DNA of 63,448 bases, the filler included, from Candidatus Woesearchaeota archaeon (GTDB taxonomy: Archaea; Nanobdellota; Nanobdellia; Woesearchaeales; CG1-02-33-12): assembly GCA_018399355.1 (NCBI GenBank). It is 10 parts of 10 records of this genome, joined end to end, with 100 filler letters (N's around TTAATTAATTAA, not from the genome) between each part and the next. Parts side by side here need not be neighbours in the genome. Positions count along the whole stretch, not along the records: positions 56,569 to 60,059 come from JAGYOA010000064.1; positions 60,160 to 63,448 come from JAGYOA010000065.1; 8 more parts are not named here. One strand, given 5' to 3'. The notes under the pieces are model-generated. The model had not been told where the DNA came from. It ran no database searches and saw nothing but the letters and a program-made list of their open reading frames with translations. Shown piece after piece: positions 57,090 to 63,448 of the stretch. The stretch's first letter is position 1. Every line of letters starts with the position of its first letter. Both the position numbers and the translations under genes were made by a program.

Positions 57090-57566
57090 TTAACTCGCTT
57101 CAACTTTTCCTGTAAATCTGCCAAAACGATCCCTGTAAGTATCAACATTATATCTTTTCCCTTTTGGACTTGTTCTTTTTATAGTAACTTTTCTTGCATA
57201 AACAAATTTCCTTATGTTCATTTTCCTATCATAAACTTGCCTTATAAACTTATATTCTTCTTTTTTTCCATTAAACCTTTCAGGCTTTCTTAAATATCTC
57301 TTGTCAAACTTTGCTCCTCTATACTTATCTCCTGCTCCCAATGCTCCCTTATGCTCTCTTATAACTGATTTGTGCCTTTGTGCTATAATCTCAAATCCCT
57401 CTCTCCTTAAATCATAATCTTGCTCTTCTGTCAAATCGTGATCCATATATTCATCAAATGCACTATTATAGCTTTCAATATCCCAAATCTTATGCCCCAT
57501 CGTTCCCCATAAGTTATCAGCAAACCTCTCATAGTCATCCTCTGGAGTTACCCTTTTCTTGCTCAT
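57090..57566 (-). CDS. Hypothetical protein with basic C-terminus (YRDRFGRF)
   Basis: 158 aa; GGAGGTG SD; overlaps the primase stop. Confidence 0.7.
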   Translation of the reverse strand: MSKKRVTPEDDYERFADNLWGTMGHKIWDIESYNSAFDEYMDHDLTEEQDYDLRREGFEIIAQRHKSVIREHKGALGAGDKYRGAKFDKRYLRKPERFNGKKEEYKFIRQVYDRKMNIRKFVYARKVTIKRTSPKGKRYNVDTYRDRFGRFTGKVEAS

Positions 57567-58477
57567 TTATCAACACCTCCCTTATTTTTTAGCTTGTCCT
57601 TATAATTTACCATATCATACCTTATAAGAAGTTTAGTTATGTTTCCATCCTTATTGAATATATGCAAACCTCTAAAGCCTAAATTATATTTATAGTTCAT
57701 AGGTCTTAAATTATATAAGCTCTTGTATATGACACATCCTTTTTTCTTGAAATTGTCAAATCCCTCATCAGAATAAAAAGGATGGCATATTAATGCATCA
57801 TCAGGATATAAAGCCAGGCTATAAGGAATCTTGCAAACTCTCCTGCTATCATAAATCTTTAAGTCAATCATTTCTGAATATTGATCGTGTATTTTCTTTG
57901 TCAAATCGTGCAAGAACCTATATATATTTATATCATCATCAGGATTAAAACTTAAATCCTGTGGTAAATATTTATAAGGTATTATGAAATGAAATCCCAT
58001 TCCTGAATACCTTAATTCATAAGGAACATCTAACTTATCAAAAAGCCTTTTTATGTTTCTTGCAGAATAATAAGCAAAAACAACATCATCAAAATCCCCT
58101 GCATCTATATCTATAAGCCAATCATAACCGACCATTTCTTTATGGTGGTTTCTTTTCCAATCTGTGTTATCTCTTTCCTGAAAGTTTAAGGTTTGGTTTG
58201 GAATACCATTCTTATATATTGCTAATGAATAATAGAAATTATAATATGTTTCTCTCTTAAACATTTCAACAGCATTTAAATTAACATCTAAATGCTGAAC
58301 TGAATGAACCTTTAAAGTTCTTGTGCTTCTTGAAAGTTGATCTGTCTTGTGCTTTGGAACTAAAAGAGCAAATTCCCTGTTATAAAGAGATCTTATTATC
58401 TCAAATTTAACAGGTGGAGTTTTATACCACCCTCTTATTATGTCATAATCAAAATTTAAAGGTTTTACATAAGGCAT
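57563..58477 (-). CDS. Archaeo-eukaryotic primase (PriS-like)
   Basis: Motif I DWLIDID, motif II YSGMGFH, motif III D..IYDSRRVCKIPYS. Confidence 0.85.
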   Translation of the reverse strand: MPYVKPLNFDYDIIRGWYKTPPVKFEIIRSLYNREFALLVPKHKTDQLSRSTRTLKVHSVQHLDVNLNAVEMFKRETYYNFYYSLAIYKNGIPNQTLNFQERDNTDWKRNHHKEMVGYDWLIDIDAGDFDDVVFAYYSARNIKRLFDKLDVPYELRYSGMGFHFIIPYKYLPQDLSFNPDDDINIYRFLHDLTKKIHDQYSEMIDLKIYDSRRVCKIPYSLALYPDDALICHPFYSDEGFDNFKKKGCVIYKSLYNLRPMNYKYNLGFRGLHIFNKDGNITKLLIRYDMVNYKDKLKNKGGVDK

Positions 58478-58981
58478 TTAATTAACCCTCTTTTGTTCTA
58501 TTTTCTTTTGTGTTTCCATTATTATGTTTATCCTGTTATTTAAAACTTCTTTTTTTCTCATATCCCTTAAATGTTCCATATCAACAGCCATCATATATTT
58601 TATATCTTCTGGAAATGTCTTAAATATCCTTTCTGATCCATCTAATATATCATTTATTATTTCCATATTAACATCCCCTGTATTTATCTTTAATGAACAG
58701 GCTATTTGATATATTGTTTTTTGTGTATTTCTTATAAGGTAGTAGCATCTTAATCTTTCCTTTTGTCTTTTTGCTTCCTGCTTTAATTCTTGTTTTCTTT
58801 TGAACTCCTTATATCTCATTTCCATTTCTATATCTAAATCTCTGCCATCCTCTACATAATCCTTAATCAACCTCCTTAAAATAATGCTTTGATCTATATT
58901 TGTTTTTTTTATTTTATTATCAAATGCCTCTTTTAGCTCACCACTAATTCTTAAGGAGATTCTTTTTAACTTTGAAGCCAT
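58478..58981 (-). CDS. RHH-like N-terminus plus coiled coil
   Basis: RISLRIS..LK..F.......QSIILRRLI. Confidence 0.65.
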   Translation of the reverse strand: MASKLKRISLRISGELKEAFDNKIKKTNIDQSIILRRLIKDYVEDGRDLDIEMEMRYKEFKRKQELKQEAKRQKERLRCYYLIRNTQKTIYQIACSLKINTGDVNMEIINDILDGSERIFKTFPEDIKYMMAVDMEHLRDMRKKEVLNNRINIIMETQKKIEQKRVN

Positions 58982-59174
58982 CAACTTTTCCCTTTTTGTC
59001 AATCTTTCCCTTTATATCTATTTCCTTATTTATGAACATCAGCATCAATCTCCTTAATATATAGCTTCTCCCTTTCTTGTTATCCATTCCTATATCCTTT
59101 AATCTTCTGTCAAAATCGTATAATTGCTTGTAATCTATCCTAAAAACCATCATATAATCCTTGTTTAATTTCAT
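58944..59174 (-). CDS. RHH-like DNA-binding protein
   Basis: MMVFRID...L..F......RSYILRRLM; similar to the downstream gene's N-terminus. Confidence 0.6.
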   Translation of the reverse strand: MKLNKDYMMVFRIDYKQLYDFDRRLKDIGMDNKKGRSYILRRLMLMFINKEIDIKGKIDKKGKVDGFKVKKNLLKN

Positions 59175-59422
59175 TGTGGATATAAGAAATATCACATCAT
59201 ATATAAACATTGTTATACTATAAAGTATATATTAAAAAATAGAAAAAGATTATACATAATTAATTATTTTCCTTTTTCCAGCTTCGCTTTTATAATCTTT
59301 TTTATCCTTTCAATCTCTAATCTTAAATTATGCTTGTTATTTGTGTGTTGATCCTTTAACTTTAATGTTAATTTCTTTAATCTGTTTTTGTAGGTTGTTA
59401 TATTATCTTTCATAATTCCACC

Positions 59423-59734
59423 TTAAAGATTAAAGAAAATTACAACTGCAATATAACCTATCAATAATTTCATAAGTCTTGCCTTTATCCAATTATCCCA
59501 ATATATCCTGTTATTTATATCCTCAAAATATTTCCTGTATTTTTCGCTTTCTAATCTTTTATAAGCATAATTAAAGAACCACCAATTAAACCAATGAATA
59601 GCTATCGCTATAATTATAATTATGATTCCTGCATTAATAAAATAGCTGTTGAGTTGAGAACAATAAGAGCTATAAAACCCCATTGCCTCAACTTCAACAG
59701 CATTATTTGAGATGTGGGAAATGCTATAATTCAT
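59423..59734 (-). CDS. 2-TM membrane protein
   Basis: Two hydrophobic segments; ATGA overlap. Confidence 0.6.
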   Translation of the reverse strand: MNYSISHISNNAVEVEAMGFYSSYCSQLNSYFINAGIIIIIIAIAIHWFNWWFFNYAYKRLESEKYRKYFEDINNRIYWDNWIKARLMKLLIGYIAVVIFFNL

Positions 59735-60030
59735 AATTCAATACCTCTGACCTGTATTATCTCGTTTGTATCATAAAGATGATAAAAGGCATTTGCGAAT
59801 AGGTTAAATCTAATCCTAACTCCACTATAATTTTCTTCTGCTTCAACCCTTATCAATACAGGAGTATTTATATCAAAGTTTTGCGAATGAATTACATTTT
59901 CCCATCTGCCATCGAGGTAAGCATACTTAAAACACTCATATATAAAATCTTTTTCCTCCCTGAACCTTACATCAACTTTCATTTCAAGCTGTGTTGTGCC
60001 TATGACTATTAAATTCTGCTTTCTTATCAT
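59731..60030 (-). CDS. Hypothetical protein
   Basis: 99 aa ORF. Confidence 0.55.
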   Translation of the reverse strand: MIRKQNLIVIGTTQLEMKVDVRFREEKDFIYECFKYAYLDGRWENVIHSQNFDINTPVLIRVEAEENYSGVRIRFNLFANAFYHLYDTNEIIQVRGIEL

Positions 60031-60159
60031 ACTTAAAAATCCATCGACTATTGTCCTGTNNNNNNNNNNNNNNNNNNNNNNNNNNNNNNNNNNNNNNNNN
60101 NNNTTAATTAATTAANNNNNNNNNNNNNNNNNNNNNNNNNNNNNNNNNNNNNNNNNNNN

Positions 60160-62025
60160 GGAGAAACAAACATAACAGTTTATGCAAATGATACAGCAGG
60201 AAATGAAAACTATGAACATTTAAGTTTTGTTTATGATAGTGTGCCTCCGACAGTGGAAGATCAAACCGGACTGGAAGATTTAAATGCCAATCCCTTGCCA
60301 ATCAATTCCACATGGAGTTTTGATGCTTACGATACAAATATTGATAGTTGTTATTATAACACAAGTGATGATGCAACACAAGAAGTTGTTACATGTAATT
60401 CTTCAATAACAAACCTTGAATGGACTACAACCGGAAATAAAACAATTCAATATTGTGCAAATGATACAATTGGAAATGAAAATTGTAAGACAGAGAATAT
60501 TTATGTTTATGAAATAATAGAAACACAAGAAGATTATCCAGATCCAACAGCAGAGGGATTTAACACTGAATTTAATTTGACAGTAGAAAGAACAGTAGAG
60601 ATTCCAACAACAACTGCAACTCTTGTTTTGAACAATACAGAATATGAAGTGACTGGAATAGCAGTAGATAATTATTATTACTTTGAAGAGACAGTTAATA
60701 TTCCAGAGGGATGGGGAAATTCTACTGGAAATTTAATTGATTGGTATTGGAATTATGAGATTAATGGAATTGGAACTTATAATACAACAACCACAAATTT
60801 AACTGTTTATGAAATAGCGATTGATGATTGTTCAAGTTATGGAGATGTTATCCTTAATTTCTCTCTATTGGATGAGGAAACTTCAACACCGGTTAATGAA
60901 ACTCTTGGATCAAATGTAGAAATTGATATGACTTTAACTTCAACAGATAATTCAACATCTCTCTTAACATATCACAACACATGGGAAGATGATAATAATC
61001 CACAAGTTTGTATTCCTACTGGAATTTTAAGTGGAGGATTAGAGTATGAAATGGATTTTACTGTTGGATTTGATAGTACAGATAGAGTTTGGGAATTTTA
61101 TTATTTAGATGGAGGCCTTTTAGATTCAGATAAAGTTTATGATAGTTACACTTCAAAAGATATTAACTTAATGGATCTATTAACAGTGGATAGTACTTCA
61201 TTTTTATTCAATTATTTTGATGAAGATGGTCAAGCAGTGCCAGATGCAATGATCCATGTTTTTAGAAAATATATTGGAGATGGAGAATTTAAAGAAGTGG
61301 AAAGAGCACAATCAGATTCAAATGGAGATACAATTGTTCATTTAGTAGAAGAGGATGTAATTTATTACTTTGTAATAACAAGTAATGGAGATACATTATA
61401 TACAACAAGTCAATTAACTGCTTTATGTCAATCAACTCCATGTTCAATTCAAATTGAGGCATCTGGGGAAATAGCAGAATTTCCGACAGATTATGATCTT
61501 GTAGATAATGGAGCAATTTCTTTAGAACAAAACAGAAGTACAAGAAGTGTCATTCTAACTTATTTATTAAATGAAAGTCAAGAAGTGAATTTATCTATTT
61601 ACAAGTATGAATCAGATGGATCTTATTCTCTTATTGAATCAGATGCAAAAAATTCAATTGCAGGAGTTACAGATACAATTACAATTTCAATTCCAATGAG
61701 TGCAGGAAATGTTAGTTTTTTCTCAAATATATTTATAGATGGAACTTATATAAGATCGGATTGGATTGATTTTAATGAAAGATCCTCTGATTTTTTTGGA
61801 TCAACTTTATCTATTTTCTTAGCAGTTTTAATAATTATTTCTTTAGGATTAATTGCAATTACAGAGGGAGCAGGAACAATAGTGTTTGTAATCTTAGGAG
61901 TTTTCTTAGCCGGAGCATTAGGATTAATGAATCCATCTTTATCAACCGGAGTAAATGTAATAATTTATTTGGCAGTTACTGGAGGATTAATCTTATGGAA
62001 AGTCACACAGAGGAGGGGAGCATAA
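60160..62025 (+). CDS. Large acidic glycoprotein with C-terminal TM anchors (spike/tail-like), 5'-truncated
   Basis: Frame open to the edge; YANDTAGN / CANDTIGN Ig-like motifs; many N-x-S/T sequons; three C-terminal TMs. Confidence 0.8.
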   Translation, partial: GETNITVYANDTAGNENYEHLSFVYDSVPPTVEDQTGLEDLNANPLPINSTWSFDAYDTNIDSCYYNTSDDATQEVVTCNSSITNLEWTTTGNKTIQYCANDTIGNENCKTENIYVYEIIETQEDYPDPTAEGFNTEFNLTVERTVEIPTTTATLVLNNTEYEVTGIAVDNYYYFEETVNIPEGWGNSTGNLIDWYWNYEINGIGTYNTTTTNLTVYEIAIDDCSSYGDVILNFSLLDEETSTPVNETLGSNVEIDMTLTSTDNSTSLLTYHNTWEDDNNPQVCIPTGILSGGLEYEMDFTVGFDSTDRVWEFYYLDGGLLDSDKVYDSYTSKDINLMDLLTVDSTSFLFNYFDEDGQAVPDAMIHVFRKYIGDGEFKEVERAQSDSNGDTIVHLVEEDVIYYFVITSNGDTLYTTSQLTALCQSTPCSIQIEASGEIAEFPTDYDLVDNGAISLEQNRSTRSVILTYLLNESQEVNLSIYKYESDGSYSLIESDAKNSIAGVTDTITISIPMSAGNVSFFSNIFIDGTYIRSDWIDFNERSSDFFGSTLSIFLAVLIIISLGLIAITEGAGTIVFVILGVFLAGALGLMNPSLSTGVNVIIYLAVTGGLILWKVTQRRGA

Positions 62026-62445
62026 ATGGGTCAAGATCAATTTAAAACAACATTAACTGGCCTTGTATTGTTTGTATTATTCTCAAGTTTAGTTTTAACT
62101 CTGGCAATTGATTTTGGAGCAGATCATGGAAAAGAGGCCTCTGAAATTGGGGAGGGATCTTTTAATCTAACCCTGTTTGAAGAGAGTGCAGAAAGTGTTG
62201 AAGGAGATGCACAATCATATAGATCAAGATTTGAAAGTGGAGAAGTTGATGATGTGGATGATCCATCCGGATTATTTTCTGTTGTAACAGATATGATTAG
62301 TATGATTACAACTCCATTTAGTTTATTATCACAAGTGTTGCAAAATGTATTAAAAATTCCTGCATTATTTATTAATGTAATTTTAGGCCTTTTGTCAATA
62401 GGATTGATATTAGCGATCTGGAGCGTATTAAGAAAAGGGGATTGA
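62026..62445 (+). CDS. Membrane protein (structural module)
   Basis: N- and C-terminal TMs; homolog at 8592. Confidence 0.85.
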   Translation: MGQDQFKTTLTGLVLFVLFSSLVLTLAIDFGADHGKEASEIGEGSFNLTLFEESAESVEGDAQSYRSRFESGEVDDVDDPSGLFSVVTDMISMITTPFSLLSQVLQNVLKIPALFINVILGLLSIGLILAIWSVLRKGD

Positions 62446-62499
62446 TCAAGATGAAAAAGATAAATAAAAATAAAACTGAAAGAGGAGGAATGAATTAAC

Positions 62500-62808
62500 A
62501 TGGCTTGGACTTCTCCCACGACAGTTAATACAACAGCAGGAATAAATGAATTTCTCCCTTACTTATCAGAAGTGAGTAATTTTTGGTTTGGAAGAATGTT
62601 AATGGTCACTGTATTTATGATTTTCTTGTTTGGTTATTTGAGGGCAAAGGATGATTTTATAGGAGGTTTTGCAATTGCAAGTTACATAACATTTGTGATG
62701 GGATTATTATTCTGGACAATTGGATTAGTAACTGGAATAGATTTTGGAATAATAATTGGATTAACGATTATATCTTCTGCGATTTTATTTACAAGGAATG
62801 ATAAATAA
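62500..62808 (+). CDS. 3-TM membrane protein (structural module)
   Basis: Homolog at 8827. Confidence 0.85.
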   Translation: MAWTSPTTVNTTAGINEFLPYLSEVSNFWFGRMLMVTVFMIFLFGYLRAKDDFIGGFAIASYITFVMGLLFWTIGLVTGIDFGIIIGLTIISSAILFTRNDK

Positions 62809-62943
62809 TATCTAAAAGATATAAAGTATCTTTTGTATCCAGTGTATCCGAATACTTATTAAGGCAAACACACTCTTTTTTTTATCTTAATTTATTGGCC
62901 ATAGGTCAAAAGGAAAAGAGTTATAAATGGAGGTTAAAAAAAA

Positions 62944-63252
62944 GTGAAATTCGGACAGCAAGATAGAGGAGTTGCAGGATTAACAATTTTATTGTCTCTT
63001 GTAACTATGCTTTTTGTGATCGGACTTCTTGTTATGATCTTTGCTCTAATGGGTGGAGAATTACAAGATTCAACTACTGATAATACTGCAATTGATGTTA
63101 TTAATGACACAACTTCAAGTATTAGTTCAGTAACCGATTGGTTTAACATCTTTATTGTCATCGCCGCAATGGTAGTTCTAATTCTTTTAACTGTAATTAT
63201 AATTACAGCAATAAGAGGATCTGGACTTATGAGTGGTGGAGGTAGTGCGTAA
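62944..63252 (+). CDS. Putative major capsid protein (hydrophobic hairpin)
   Basis: Ortholog of 9245..9550. Confidence 0.65.
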   Translation: MKFGQQDRGVAGLTILLSLVTMLFVIGLLVMIFALMGGELQDSTTDNTAIDVINDTTSSISSVTDWFNIFIVIAAMVVLILLTVIIITAIRGSGLMSGGGSA

Positions 63253-63349
63253 GGCCGAATTAATATCTCTTTTGATTAACAAAATGAGATTTAAAAATAA
63301 TAACAACGGAGTTGCAGGATTAACAATTTTATTGTCTCTTGTAACTATG
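62968..63349 (+). repeat. 42-bp exact direct repeat (62968-63009 and 63308-63349)
   Basis: GGAGTTGCAGGATTAACAATTTTATTGTCTCTTGTAACTATG occurs twice. Confidence 0.95.
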
Positions 63350-63448
63350 TTGTTTGTTATCGGTCTTTTAGTAATGATTTTCTCTCTAATGGGAGGATCA
63401 TTAAGCGATGCCTCTTATGACAGTACAACTGCAACTGTTACAAACGAA
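63284..63448 (+). CDS. Paralogous capsid-like protein, runs off the window
   Basis: Not in ORF track; MRFKNNNNGVAGLTILLSLVTMLF...TVTNE, ortholog of 9582..10139. Confidence 0.8.
   Translation, partial: MRFKNNNNGVAGLTILLSLVTMLFVIGLLVMIFSLMGGSLSDASYDSTTATVTNE

Larger units (their letters stand above)
56569..60059. mobile_element. Virus/plasmid-like replication contig
   Basis: AEP primase, two RHH-like genes, SSB-like gene and small ORFs with GGAGG SD sites. Confidence 0.7.
60160..63448. mobile_element. Virus-like structural contig, second variant of 8592-10139
   Basis: Four genes syntenic and homologous to contig 3. Confidence 0.75.

Noticed and set aside
4415..60159. Regularly recurring TTAATTAATTAA palindrome
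   Set aside because: Always centred in a 100-nt N linker; a synthetic contig joiner. ORFs reading through X runs and adjacency across linkers are artefacts

Overview
This window is ten contigs joined by artificial 100-nt linkers (N44-TTAATTAATTAA-N44), so it looks like a concatenated metagenome bin. Four contigs (4515-8491, 12561-41746, 41847-45496, 52938-56468) are chromosome of an AT-rich, streamlined archaeon, most consistent with DPANN (Woesearchaeota-like). They carry histone, TFE, Hjc, RFC-S, pelota, RNase Z, tRNA-splicing endonuclease, RNase HII, Pta/AckA, MoxR/DUF58/VWA, two toxin-antitoxin pairs, tRNA-Asn and an intron-containing tRNA-Ile. Six contigs (1-4414, 8592-12460, 45597-49191, 49292-52837, 56569-60059, 60160-end) have no housekeeping genes and look like pieces of at least two related archaeal viruses or virus-like elements. 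They carry tandem hydrophobic-hairpin capsid-like genes, a glycosylated spike-like protein, a P-loop ATPase, an AEP primase, RHH regulators and giant basic proteins. The strongest candidates for undescribed systems are (i) this putative spindle-shaped-virus family, with concerted evolution of its capsid paralogs, (ii) a V4R-FIST-LuxE/LuxC-like operon next to a KaiC-like ATPase, and (iii) a lytic-transglycosylase plus three-lipoprotein surface cluster. All calls come from reading motifs by eye; no database searches were run.
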